This document shows positions 23,987 to 36,122 of a stretch of DNA of 64,000 nt, in pieces (the first letter of the stretch is position 1; every line of letters begins with the position of its first letter). Source of the DNA: Squalus acanthias (lineage: Eukaryota). The translations under genes and the position numbers were made by a program. Location: assembly GCA_030390025.1 (NCBI GenBank), contig JASTWF010000034.1, positions 2,542,001 to 2,606,000 of the forward strand. Direction: 5' to 3'. Below the pieces are notes generated by a model. The model was not told the DNA's origin and made no database searches. It saw nothing but the letters and a program-made list of their open reading frames with translations.

Positions 23987-24663
23987 TCACTTGTGAACTC
24001 GTTAATGTGTCAGCAGGATGGATGACCGAGTTAATCCCTTCCCACACACGGAGCATGTGAACGGCCTCTCCCCAGTTTGAACTCTCTGGTGCGTCAGGAG
24101 GCTGGATGACCGAGTTAATCCCTTCCCACACACGGAGCAAAATGAACGGCCTCTCCCCAGTTTGAACTCTCTGGTGCGTCAGGAGGCTGGATGACCGAGT
24201 GAATCCCTTTCCACACACGGAGCAGGTGACGCTGCTTGTGTCTCGACAGGCCAGATGATCGGCTGAAGCCTCGTCCACAAATATAACACCTGTACGTTTT
24301 CTCCCCATAGTGAACGGTGAATCCCTTCCCACACACGGCGCAGGTGAACGGCCTCTCCCCATTGTGAACTCGCTCTTGTTCAGCAGGGTGGATGACTGAG
24401 TGAATCCGTTCGCACACACGGCGCAGATGAACGGCCTCCCCCCAGTGTGACTGTGCTTGTGTCTCGACAGGCCAGGTGATCGGCTGCAGCCTCATCTGCA
24501 AACAAAATTCCTGTACGACTTCTCCCCACTTAGAACGGTGCTTTTTGCTTCCATGTTTAAAGGCTGGTGATATTCAGATCCCGATGAATCGAATGACCCT
24601 GTCAGATCTTCACCTGATGTTTACTTTGAGCTTTCTGTCTGCAAATTATCTCGTTCTAATACC
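23987..24663 (-). pseudogene. C2H2 zinc-finger gene, disrupted
   Basis: Acceptor TTTTACAG at 24664 and ATG at 24554; fingers in three frames ([43 protein letters not shown]); stop at 23987 and AATAAA at 23836-23841; stops, frameshifts and internal duplications. Confidence 0.88.
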
Positions 24664-24989
24664 CTGTAAAATGAATTTAAAACAGGAAAAAAGGAACGTG
24701 AGAGAGAACTCACACAAACACAAAGGCAGGTTGTGAAATTGAGCCTAATCCGTCTGGGAATTTGTAGGGCACACACTAGAAAAACGTGATCATGAACGTT
24801 GCCGATTGTCTAAAAACCCAACTGGTTGACTGATGGCCTTCAGGGAAGGGAACCCGCCACCCGGTCTGGGCCTACACAAGACTGGCCTCTATGAGAGCAG
24901 AGAGCGGTGGGAGGGGGCGAAGGAGAGGGCCTTTTTACATCTGCAACGAGACCAGAACTTTGACAGCACCTCCCAAACCAGCGACCTCT

Positions 24990-25262
24990 ACCACGTAGAA
25001 GGACAAGGGAAGGAGGTACATGGGAAACCAATCACCTCCAAGTTCCCCTCCAAGTCACACACTATCCTGACTTGGAAATATATTGCTGTTCCTTCATCGT
25101 CGCTGGGTGAAATCGTGGAACTCCGTCCCTAACAGCACTGTGGGAGTACATGGACTGTAGCGGTTCAAGAAGGTGGCTCACCACCACCTTCTCAAAGGGT
25201 AACTTGGGATGGGCAATAAATGCTGGCCTTGCCAGCGATGCCCACATCCCAAGAATGAATTA
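24990..25262 (+). mobile_element. LINE 3'-terminal fragment (second family)
   Basis: CACCATCCTGACTTGGAAATATATTGC-like stretch through GGGCAATAAATGCTGGCCTTGCCAGCGATGCCCACATCCC; reverse-complement piece at about 13420-13503. Confidence 0.55.
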
Positions 25263-25373
25263 AAAATATCTGTACATGTAAAATGGATTAAAAGCCTCTA
25301 CAGAAATGCTTGTTCCTAAAACAATACCCGTTTACATTGTACAGACCGTGTCTGTTTAGCAACCTAAGCTCAC

Positions 25374-25830
25374 CTAGAATCCACCTCCCTTGACACTCCC
25401 ACATCGGAAATTGTTGGGTCCTACTGGCCTCAAATGTTCTCGGGGTTAAACCCAGCAGCTTATCCCCCATCTCCACTTCAACTCAAACTGATGCAACAGA
25501 AAAGACCTACACAGGAGGCCAGGGACCGACTTCTGCATCCAACGCCCACCCTGATTTAAACCAGCTCTTAATTGGTCCGCCTGTGATTCCAAACTCGGTT
25601 CTGTGAGCAACGGCTGCAATAAAACTAAACAAAATACTGCGGATGCTGCAAATCTGAAATGAAAAGAGAAAAATGCTTGGAATACTCAGCAGGTCATGCA
25701 GTATCTGTGGGGAGAGAGCGAAACAGAGTTAACAGCCTGAATTTTAAGAGTTTGACAGGTGGGGGGTGGGGGAGGGGGCGCTCAGAAGCGGGCAGGAAAC
25801 CCGGGACAACGTCTTTCCCACAAGCCCTGC
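25374..25830 (-). promoter_or_regulatory. Putative upstream non-coding exon and promoter of the zinc-finger gene
   Basis: Donor AG/GTGAGC at 25374, TTTAAA at about 25556, CCAAT at about 25571-25575 (minus), a G-rich box and a ZNF143-like TTCCCACAAGCCCTGC at 25815-25830; interrupted by a Penelope fragment at about 25625-25735. Confidence 0.3.
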
Positions 25831-25849
25831 CGAAATTAACGTCAACTCT

Positions 25850-26150
25850 GGTTCTTCTGACAATTATCTTAAATTTGTGTCCTCTGGTTACAGCCCCTTC
25901 TGCCAGTGGAAACAGTTTCTCCTTATTTCCTCATCTATTAATCTCCTCGTAACCTTCTCTGCTCTAAGGAGAACAGCATCAGATTCTCCAGTCTCTCCAT
26001 ACAACCAAAGTCCCTCATCCCTGTTAGCATTCTAGTAAATCTCCTCTGCACCCTCTCTAGCGCCTTGACATTTTTCCTGAAGGGTGGCGCCCAGAATTGG
26101 GCACTATTCTGCAGCTGAAGATTAACCAGTGTTTTATAAAGGTTTAGCAC
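25850..26150 (-). mobile_element. CR1 fragment
   Basis: LYKTLV..QFWAP..ALERVQRRFTRM..FSLEQRRLRGD. Confidence 0.8.
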
Positions 26151-26762
26151 AACTCAACACCAAATACTGCTATTTCTGTGATGGGGTTTAGAAGGGCGAG
26201 TTTAACTCAGTCAGTTGGATGTGTGAATGAGACCGTGATCTGAAAGAAAACCACTTTGAGCGGAGAGCCAGGAACACGCAGTGTAACCGGGCGCAAACAA
26301 TCCTGGCACAGCCCAGACATCACTTGTTTCCCGCTTGACACAAAAGGCATATATTAATTGAAACAATACATTTGATTTGATTTGAAATAGTTCAGTTTAT
26401 GAATTGGATCATGTTTCTCTAATTGTATTTCCATACTCAGATTCAAGGCCTCATTTATTTTCTTCCGCTGTGCCCCTGAACCTCATCTGGCAGCGTAATT
26501 TTGGCAAGTGGTGCTCGATTGCCATCGGAACCAACAAAAAGGGAGCTCAGAGGCCGGCGGGCCAAGGGAGCAGTGTGTTCTGCAATCAATCGCGGTGCTT
26601 GAGTCGGCCAGTCAGGTGATTCAGAATGAACCCCTGTTAAACAATTTATCTTTATAAAGTTAAATGGAGGTTTCTTTTGTCAAGGAAACAGTTTAACATT
26701 TGTCAGTATTTTGTTTTCCTGGAGTTCCTATTATGGGTTTCAGAAACATCAGTGCCAAGTGG

Positions 26763-28055
26763 ATCATAGAATCATAGAATGGTTACAGCACAGAAGGATG
26801 CCATTTGGACCGTCAAGCCCGTGCCGGCTTTTTGAATGAGCACTTCAGCTAGTCCCAATCCCCCGCCCCTTCCCTATAGCCCTGCATTTTATTTCCTTCA
26901 GGTAATTATCCAACTCCCTTTTGAAAGCCGTGATTTAGTCTGCCTCCACCACCCTTTCAGGCAGTGCATTCCAGAGCTTAACCACTCGCTGCGTAAAAAA
27001 GTTTTTCCTCATGCAGCCTTTGGTTCTTTTGCCAATCACCTTAAATCTGTGTCCTCTGGTTCTCAGCCCTTCTGCAAATGGGATCAGTTTCGCTGTATCT
27101 ACTCTATCTAGAGCCTCATGATTTTGACCACCTCTAGCAAATCTCCTCTCAACCTTCTCTGCTCCAAGGAGAACAACCCCAGCTTCTCCAGTCTATCCAC
27201 TTAACTGAAGCACCTCATTCCTTTAATCATTTTCGTGCATCTTTTCTGCACCCTCTCTGAGGTCTTCACATCTTTCCTAAAGTGCGGTGCCTATAATTGG
27301 ACACAATACTCCAGTTGAGTCCGAACCAGTTTATAAAGGTTCATCACAACTTCCTTGCTTTTGTACTCTAATCCTCTATTTATGAAGCCCAGGATCCCGT
27401 ATGCTTTTTTTTATCCGCATTCTCAACCTGTCCTGCCACCTTCAACGACTTGCGCACATATACCGCCAGGTCTCCCTGGTCCTGCACCCCCTTTAGTATT
27501 CCATCCGTTAGTTTATGTTGAGTCTCCTCGTTCTTCCGACCAAAATGCATCACATCGCATTTTTCTGCGTTACATTTCATCTGCCACGTATCCGCCCATT
27601 TCACCAGCCTGTCTATGTCCTCCTGAAGTCTATCACTATCCTTCTCACTGTTCACTATACTTCCAAGTTTTGTGTCACTTGCAAATTTTGAAATTGTACC
27701 CTGTACACCCAAATCGAAATCATTAATAGATAATCAATTAAATCAGTGGTCCTAGAACCGACCCCTGGGGAACACCACTGTATACCATCCTCCAGTCCGA
27801 AAAAGAACTGTTCACCACTACTCACTGTTTCCTGTCACTTAGCCAATTCCGTCTCCATGCTGCCACTGTCCCTTTTATTCCGTGGGCTTGAAATTTGCTG
27901 GCAAGCCTATTATGCAGCACTTTATCAACCACCTTTTGGAAATCCATATACACAACATCAACCGCATTGCTCTCATCAACACTCTCTGTTACCTCATCAA
28001 ATAACTCACTCAAGTTAGTTAAACACGATTTGCCTTTAACAAATCCATGCTGGCT
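26763..28055 (-). mobile_element. Degraded 5'-truncated CR1
   Basis: (ATCATAGA)n tail at 26763; SQHGFVKGKSCLTNL, ISKFA and CDVMHFGRKN. Confidence 0.85.
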
Positions 28056-28567
28056 CACTTGTCCAAGTGACTGTTCATTTTGTCCCGGATTATCGACCAG
28101 TTGTTTAAAGGCCATTTATTTTTCTCTTTCAATTTCGCTGTTAGTTAAAGGTACAGCGATTGATTTCTCCTCATTATCCATCTATTTGTGATGTTTAGAG
28201 CGACAATGTCCCACCTTTCTGATCCTTTAGTAGTTAAAGTAACAGCCTTCCTGTTAGGAGTGAGTCACATTCTGTACTGGGAGAGACGGCTGGTGGCATC
28301 AGCCTTTATAATTCTCATCCCCTTGTTCAAAACACTGCATGGCCTCGCCCCTCCCTAACTCAATGACCTCCTTCAGCCCTACAACCCTCTTAAAAATGAG
28401 ACCCTGTTTACACTGTCAGAGCAGAGCACAGATTTAAGGTAATTGGGGAAAGAGCCAGAGGTGACATGAGGGGAAATTTTTACCCATCCTGCTTTTAAGT
28501 TCTGGAATGCACATCTGAAAGGCTGTGCTGCTCCCTATGGTCGATATGTTGGCAGGTCGCTGTATGT

Positions 28568-28825
28568 GCTCACAGCTCAGAATTACCACCTGACAAGGTA
28601 CTGGAGGGCAGAGAGTGACTGGAGCCGAACCTCACCATTACTCAGCACCTTCAGTATAGGCTCAAAGCTCAGACTTACCATCAGCAAGGTACTGGAGGGG
28701 AAACATTGACTGGGGCCGAACCCCACTATCACACAGCACCTTCAGTATAGGCTCACCGCTCAGAATTTCCACTCGGCAAGGTACTGGAGTGTAAACAGTG
28801 ACTGGGGCCGAACCCCACCATCACG
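28568..28825 (+). repeat. 91-92-bp tandem repeat, about 2.8 units
   Basis: Units start at 28568, 28660 and 28751 (GCTCA..GCTCAGA..CAAGGTACTGGAG..TGACTGG.GCCGAACC..CAGCACCTTCAGTATAG). Confidence 0.85.
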
Positions 28826-28844
28826 CTGGCTGGGTAGTCTATAA

Positions 28845-29140
28845 GCAGGGGTCACAGTCTCAGAATAAGGGGTTGGCCATTTAGGACTGAGCTAAAAAGG
28901 AATTTCTTCACTGAGGGGGTGGTGAGTCTTTAGAATTCTCTAACCCAGAGGGCTGTGGAGGCTCAGTCGTTGAGTATAATCAAGTCAGAGACCGTTAGAT
29001 TTTTGAATATTAAGGGAATCAAGGGATATGGGGATAGTGCAGGCAAGTGGAGTTGAGGTAGAAGATCAGCCATGATCTTATTGAATGGCGGAGCAGGCTC
29101 GAAGGGACAAATGGCCTACTCCTACTCTATTTCTTATGTT
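28845..29140 (+). mobile_element. CR1 3'-end fragment
   Basis: GGGGGTCACAGTCTCAGAATAAGGGG..GATCAGCCATGATCTTATTGAATGGCGGAGCAGGCTCG..TTCTTATGTTC. Confidence 0.85.
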
Positions 29141-29358
29141 CTTTTGTTCTTAAACATTTGCAGGACTGAAACATAGACAGGCCATTGCTCATCCCATTCC
29201 GGGCAGTGCGGCGCTAATACGGAGCGAGGCCAGTAGGCAGTGAGCTGGGGCGGGTGGGCCGGCGGCATGGTGCCGGGACGCCTCCTCCCCGTTCTGGGCT
29301 GCTCCCCCTCGCTTGCTCCCACGATAACCGGGCCTCCCGCTGCTGCTGCCCTCCGAAA

Positions 29359-32300
29359 GCCGCCATCTTGGTGCGGAGCCCCAAGCCGCCATCTTTGTGC
29401 GGGGCCCCACAGCCGCCATCTTTGTGCGGGCCCCCAGTGCCGCCATCTGCCATTTTTGTGCGGGGCGACACAGAAGCCATCTTTGTGCTGTCGACGGTTC
29501 CGCCATCGATGTGCGTGACGCGGATGCCGCCAACTTTGTGCGTGGCACCGGAGCCGCCATATTGTGCGGGGCGCAACTGCTGCCATCTTTGTGCGTGTCG
29601 CATGTGACGCTATCTTTGTGCAGGGCGCCAGAGCCAGCAACTCTTTGCGGAGCCTCAGAGCCACCATCTTTTTGCAGTGCACCAGAGCCGCTATCTTTGT
29701 GTGGGGCCCCAGAGCTTCCACTTTTGTGCGGTGCGTCAGTGTCGCCATCTTTCATCAGGGCGCGGATGCCGCCATATTTTTGCCATTTACGTGAGGGGCG
29801 CGTGTGCCGCCGTCTTTGTCTCGGGCGCCAGAGCCACCATCTTTGTGCGGAGCTACCGAGGCACCATCATTGTGCGGACACACAGGATCGCAAATTTTGT
29901 GCAGAGCTCCAGTCCGGCATCTTTGGGCGGGGCCCAGCAGCCGCCATCTTTGCGCGGTGCCCCCAGAGCCGCAATCTTTGTGCGGAGCTACAGAGCCGCC
30001 ATCTTTCGGCTGGACCACAGAGCTGCCAGCTTCGTGCGTGGCTCCCAGAGCCGCCATGGTTGTGTGGAGCCTCAGAGCCGCCATCTTTGGGCTGGGCCCC
30101 AGAGCCGCCATCTTCGTGTTGTCTCCCAGAGCCGCCATCTGTGTGCCGGGCGCGAGGGTTGCCAGCTTTCTGCGGGCATCCAGAGCCGCCATCTTTGCAC
30201 TGGGCTCCCAGATTCGCCCTCTTTGGGCGAAGCCTCAGAGCCGTCATCTTTGGGCGGTGCCCCAGGTCCCCCATCTTCGTGCGGGTCTCGCAGAATCGCC
30301 TTTTTTGTGCGGAGACTCTGAGCCGCCAACTTTGTGCCGAGCGTCAGAGTCGCCAATATTTTGCGGGACTCTAGAGCCCCCATCTTTGTGCGTGTCACAG
30401 TAGCCGCAAACTTTGTGCGTGGAACCAGAGCCGCCTATTTTGTGCGGGTGCCAAGAGCTGCCATCTTTGGGCGGGGCGCCAGAGCCGTCAACTCTGTGCT
30501 GGTCACTGGAGCCGCCATCTTTGTGCGGGGACGCCCAGAGCCGCCATCTTTGCGCGGGTGAACAGAGCCACCATCTTTGTACAGGCGACCAGATCCGCCG
30601 TGTTTTTGCAGAGACCCAGAGCTGTCATTTTTGAGCGGGGGCCCGTGACGGTATATTTGTGTAGGGCGAAGGTGCCGCCACAAGCGTGTGTGTCGGGGGT
30701 GCCTCCATCTTTGAGCTGGGCGCCGTAGCCGCCTAATTGTGCGTGGCGCCAGAGCCGCCATTTCTGTGCAGGGCGAAATTGCCGCCATCTTTGTGCGGTG
30801 CACAGGTGAAGCCATCTTTGTGCAGGGCACCAGAGACGGTTTTTTTGTGTGGGGCCTCAGAGCAGCCATTCTTTTGCGGGGGGTATGATCCGCCTTCTTT
30901 TATCAGGGCGCGTGTGCCGCCATAATTGTGCAGCGCGCCAGGGCCGCCATTTTTCTGTGTGGCACGAGAACCACCATCTACGTGCAGCCCACCGCAGCTG
31001 CCATCTTTCTGCTGGGCCCCAGAGCTGCCATTACTGTGCGGAGCGTCAGAGACGCCATCTTTGTGCTGGGCACCGGTGGCGCCATCTTTGTGCGTGGTGC
31101 GCGTGCCGCCATCTTTGTGCGGTGCACCGGAGTCGCTTAATAGTGCAGAGCGCCAGAGCCGCCATCCTTGTGCGGGGCTCAGGTAACGGCATTTTTGTGC
31201 AGGCGCTGGGAACGCCATCGTTGTGCAGGGCGCCAGAGCCGCCATTATTATACCGAGACTCAGAGCCGCCATCTTTGTGTAGGGCGCCAGAGCAGCAATC
31301 CTTGTGTGTGACTACAGAGCAGCCATATTTGAGCGGGGCGTCAGAGCCACCAAATTTGACCAGGGCGCGGCTGCCGCCATATTTGCGCAGCGTGCCAAAG
31401 CCGGCATCGTTTTGCGGGGCAACAGAGCCACCATCTTTGTGCAATCCACCGGAGCAGCCATCATTTTATGTGTCCCAGGAGATGCCATTTTGTGCGGGGC
31501 ACCAGAGACGCGATCTTTGAGCTGGGCACATTTTCCGCCATATTTGTGCGGTGCACGTGACGCCATTTTTGCGCAAGGCGCCAGAGCCGCCATCTTTGTG
31601 CGGAGCCTCGGAGCCGGCATCTTTGGGCAGGGCGCTAGAGCATAAATCTTTCATTAGGGCGCGGATGCTGGAAATATGTTAAGAGCGCCAGAGCCGCCAA
31701 GTTTCTGCGGGGCGCCAGAGCAGCCATTTATCTCCGGAGCCTTCGAAAACGCCATTTTTGTGCGTGCCTCCAGAGCCTCCATCTATGTGCCGGGCCCCAG
31801 TGCTGCCATCTAGGAGCGGGGCCCCAGAGTAGACATCTTTGTGCGATACGCCGGTCCGCCATCTTTGTGCGGGGCGCCAGAGCCACCATCTTTGGCGGCG
31901 CCGCGGAGCCGCCATCTTTTTGCGGGGCACCAGAGCCGCCTGTTTGTTTCGGGCGTCATACTTGTCATTTTTGTGCGGGGCACAAGAGCCACCATATACG
32001 TGCAGCCCACCGGAGAGGCCATCTTTTTGCGGGTCCCCAGAGCTGCCATTTCTGTGAGGGTCGCCAGCGAAGCCATCTTTGTGCTGGGCGCCGGTTGCGC
32101 CATCTTTGAGCGTGGCGCGCCTGCCGCCATCTTTGTGCCGAGCACCGGAGTCGCCACATTTTGAGGGGCGTCAGTACCGCCAGTTTTGTGCTGGTCCCAA
32201 TTGGCGCATCTTTATGCGGGGCGCAAGTAACGCCATTTTGTGCGGAGCGCAGGTAACGCCATCTTTGTGCAGGGCACCAAAGCCGCCATTTTTATGCGGA

Positions 32301-33260
32301 GGCTCAGAGCCGCCATTTGTGTGCAGGGCGCCAGAGCAGCTATCTTTGTGTGGGGCCCCAGAGAAGCCATATTTGAGCGGGACGTCAGAGCCGCAAACTT
32401 TGATCAGTGCTCGGGTACCGCCATATTTGTGCAGCGCGCCAGAGACGCCATCTTTGTACTGGGCACCGGTGTCGCCATTTTTGTGCGGTGCACCAGAGTC
32501 GCGATATTGTGAGGTGACCCAGAGCCGCCATATTTGTGCAGGGCGCAATTGCCGAAATGATTGTGCGGTGCGCAGGTGAAGCCATCTTTGCAAAGGGCGC
32601 CAGAGCCGCCAACTTTGTATGGAGCCTCAGAGCCGGCATTTTTGTGCAGGGCGCCAGAGCCGCTAACTTTGATGAAGGTGCGTTTGCCACCATATTTGTT
32701 CAAGGCACCACATCCGCCATATTGTGCGGTGCGCCAGAGCCGGCATATTTGTGCAGGGCGCCAGAGCCGCCATCTTTGTGCGGGGCTCCAGTACCGCCAT
32801 CTTCGTGCAGGGCACCCTTTGTGCGGTGAGCCAGTCCGCTATGTTTGTACGGGGCGCCAGATCGACCGTATTTCTGCTGCGCCTCGGAGCCGCCATTTTC
32901 TGGCGTGGCCCCAGAGACGCCATCTTTTTGCGGAGACTTAGAGCCGCCATCTTTGTGCTGGGCCCAAACAGCCGCCATCTTTGTGCAGGGCGCCTGAGCC
33001 GCCACCTTTCTGCTGGCCCCCAGAGCCAACAAACTTTTCCGGAGCCCCAGAGCCGCCATCTTTGTTCTCGGGGCGCCGGAGCCGTCATCCTTGCGCTGGT
33101 CGCGGATGCCGCCATATTTGTACTGAGCGTTGTGCCGCTGCTTTGCTCAGTCCGCGGCACCGCCATCTATGTCTAGAGCACGGCGGCCGCCATCTTGATG
33201 CGGGCGGGAGTTGCGCTGCTTCAGGCGACTCATTAGATGAAGCGATCTTTGTCTCGGGCG
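29359..33260 (+). repeat. GC/CpG-rich 27-bp diverged tandem array (about 145 units), each unit with a YY1-like motif
   Basis: Consensus CAGAGCCGCCATCTTTGTGCGGGGCGC, seen as 9-aa APEPPSLCG periodicity in the ORF track; exact GCCGCCATCTTG at 29359-29370 and 33186-33197. Confidence 0.93.
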
Positions 33261-33442
33261 CTGGTGCCAGTCCAGAGGGGCCTGACAGATGGCCGCGCCC
33301 CTCACAGGGAGCCCAGTGTAGACAGTGTGAGAGTGAGCTGTGAATGTTCACCCAGATCACCGGCCCCGCCGGCCTGGGGGAGAGCACCTCGCCACAATAT
33401 CAGGCCCAGGGAGCTCCCAGGCTGCAAACTCTCCGCGTCTTC

Positions 33443-34339
33443 TCATCCTTTCATGAATTTTACAATCAGAGCAAAGGGATATTTCCACACATTCTTCAGC
33501 TGCTCTCTGAATTTAGTCTGGGTCACGGCGTAAATCCCAGTGTTTGTGCAGCAACTCAGCAGCTGCAGCATGAATCCCAGTTCCTGTACATAATATGGTA
33601 GATACACATATTCATACCCCAAACCCCACATGCGCCACCATATAGAATACAACATGAACACTGCCCATAACAGGATGAAATTGCCCGAGATGACAAGCAG
33701 TAAAATGATGGATTTCCTGCGACTCTCCATCTCTGGGTCTCTGGGACTCTCCCCACTGCTGGGGCCCGGAGTCTCCTGCGGGCTCTGCTGGACACTAAAA
33801 TGTGTCTGACGGTGACAGCATTGAGTAGCAGAATCACCACAAATGGGAACCCCGGAGTGAGAATATAATGAAGGAACTCGATTGTTACCCAGACCCGTGA
33901 CATCATAACATCAGTTGTGATCAAAACCAGGGGAGGTTCGCAAGCCCATACCGATCTGTCAGCATAAAGTACCAGGTGATGTCCTTTAAACAGCTCAGCA
34001 CAGTCACTGTTCCCAGAACCACAGCCGCCGTTTTCTCGGTGCAATATTTAGTTTTCAGCTTTTGGCAACAAATGGCGACAAATCGATCAATGGTGAAAGT
34101 GACGGTGAACCAGTCAGAACAGTTTGTAGCTGCATAAAGCAGGACGGCGTGGATATTACACACGGGGATGGAATACAGGAAATAAAACTGTTTCCTATAA
34201 AGAATCGGAATGTGCCTCAATATCAGGTCGAGGATAACGACCAGTAGATCCGCTGCTGCCATGGCCACCAGGTAGCGGGTGACACATTTGGAGAGACCGC
34301 ACTTTCCACGAGACAGGATTACAATCGTCACTAAGTTCA
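33443..34339 (-). pseudogene. Exon 2 of a GPR139-like class A GPCR with two frameshifts; exon 1 predicted right of the window
   Basis: Acceptor TTCCCTTCTCACAG/TGAAC; VNLVTIVILSRGKCGLS, YLVAMAAADLL (TM2), FTIDRFVAIC (DRY-like), RRKSIILL (TM6), CCTNTGIY..KFR (TM7/helix 8). Frame changes near 33920 and 33762. Confidence 0.9.
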
Positions 34340-34604
34340 CTGTGAGAAGGGAAATAAACAGGCAAATTATACATAGGCTGGGAGCAAAAGCAACAGTTTG
34401 TTGGAATTCGCGCTGAAATCTGCAACTCATTAGCGACATTCAATTATATAATCTAATTCTATTACCTGTGGAGCTGAATACAGGGTTTATTGTAAGAATA
34501 ATGGGAATACATTGTGGAATCAATAACTGAAATGGGAATAAATACAACATGAAAGTAACATTTGTTTGATCAATGAGAGATTATGATATACCTACCTTCA
34601 GCCC

Positions 34605-35940
34605 ATGTTGGCCTTTCTTGCAAGGGGGTTGGAGTATAAGAGTAAGCACCCCTTCCCCTTCGCCCGGCACCTTCCCGTGCACGCGCAGGAGATGCAACAC
34701 ATGCCCTTATACCTCCCCTCTCCCCACTGTCCAGGGCCCCAAACACCCCTTCCAGGTGAAACAGCGATTTACTTGTACTTCCTGCAATTTAGTATACTGT
34801 ATTCGCTGCTCACGATGTGGACTCCTCTACATTGGGGAGACCAAACGCAGATTGGGTGACCGCTTTGCGGAACACCTCCGTTCAGTCCGTAAGGGGGACC
34901 CCGAGCTCCCGGTGGCCTGTCACTTTAATTCACCGCTTCACTCCCACTCTGACCTCACCGTCCTCGGCCTAATACACTGTTCCACGGAAGCTCAGCGTAA
35001 GCTCGAGGAACAGCACCTCATCTTTCGTTTAGGCACGCTACAGCCCTCTGGACTCAATATCGAGTTCAACAATTTTAGATCATAACCTCAGCTCCAATCA
35101 CATTTATATTTTATTTTATCCACCCTTTTATTTGTCCCCCCCACCTTTTTTTTCCTCCTAGAAGCTGGCAGCTGTCCTTCATTCTGCCAGTAGATTTCAC
35201 ACTTCATTCAGCCTTAATCTGTCACATTAACACCACCTCTAGCCTTGCATATCTCTTAATGTCTCTTAATGTCTCTTCATCTCCTCCTTTGTTCCTTTAT
35301 CCCCTCCCCCTTTTCCCAGCTTTACCCTGGCCTTAAATCTATTTGATTTCCAGCTCTTCCAGGAAGTCATGCTACAATTGAACAGGGCCTTTGTGAAACC
35401 ACACCTGGAGTATTGTGTACAGTTTTGGTTTCCTTATCTATGGGAGGATATACTTGCCTTAGAGGCGTTGCAACGACGATTCACTAGATTGATTCCTTGG
35501 ATGAGAGGGCTGTGTCCTATGATGAGAGATTGTGTAGAATGAGCGTATACTCTCTGGAGTTTAGAATAATGAGAGATGATCACATTGAAGCATATACGAT
35601 TCTGAAGGGGATGGACAGAGTAGATGCTGAGAGGTTGTTTCCCCTGCAGTGTCCAGAACTAGGGGGCATAGTCTCAGGATAAGGGGTAGGAAATTTAAGA
35701 TTAAGATGAGGAGGAATTTCGTCATGCAGAGGGTTGTGAATTTTTGGAATTCTTTGCCCCAGAGGGCTGTGAATGCTGAGTCTTTGAGTATATTCAAGGC
35801 TGAGATAGATAGAGTTTTGGACTCTATAGTAATCAAGGGATATTGAGATCGGGCGGGAAAGAGGTCGATATTCAGCCACGATCTTATTAAATGGCGGAGC
35901 AGGCTCGAAGGGCTGTATGGCCTTCTCCTGCTCCTGAATC
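34605..35940 (+). mobile_element. CR1 3' fragment split by a Penelope insertion
   Basis: MLAFLARGLEYKSK at 34605-34646 resumes as GAAGTCATGCTACAATTG at about 35362; ends in the CR1 3' stem-loop. Confidence 0.85.
34647..35360 (+). mobile_element. Penelope-like element fragment encoding a GIY-YIG endonuclease
   Basis: Open frame to 35085: CTRRRCNTC..NLVYCIRCSRCGLLYIGETKRRLGDRFAEHLR..VACHFN..GLN. Confidence 0.9.
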
Positions 35941-36122
35941 AAATATTATTATGTATTTATGAAATCTGGCTTACTGAATGGACGTTTTGTGAGAAAAAAA
36001 TTATCCTTGTAATCAGCAGAAGCAATGCCAATAACGCAGAACTGGAGATGATTGGAAAGGAGACACTGACTGGAATGAATGATTAGCGGATATTTCAGAC
36101 ATTTAAAGATGTACATTTGATC

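Noticed and set aside
29134..33343. Dozens of overlapping 100-325 aa ORFs
   Set aside because: These arise from a GC-rich 27-bp unit with few stop codons. They are open in many frames on both strands and carry no domain signal.
15188..34339. Joining the two GPCR exons into one gene
   Set aside because: On the minus strand exon 2 comes before exon 1, so normal cis-splicing cannot join them. Two adjacent paralogues explain the layout.
33443..34339. Assigning the symbol GPR139
   Set aside because: Only a family-level resemblance is recognised; orthology needs a phylogeny.
34340..34439. N-terminal extension of ORF 33921-34439 as a single-exon GPCR start
   Set aside because: It reads through a clear polypyrimidine tract and AG acceptor and lacks the IYYP..GVP first half of TM1.
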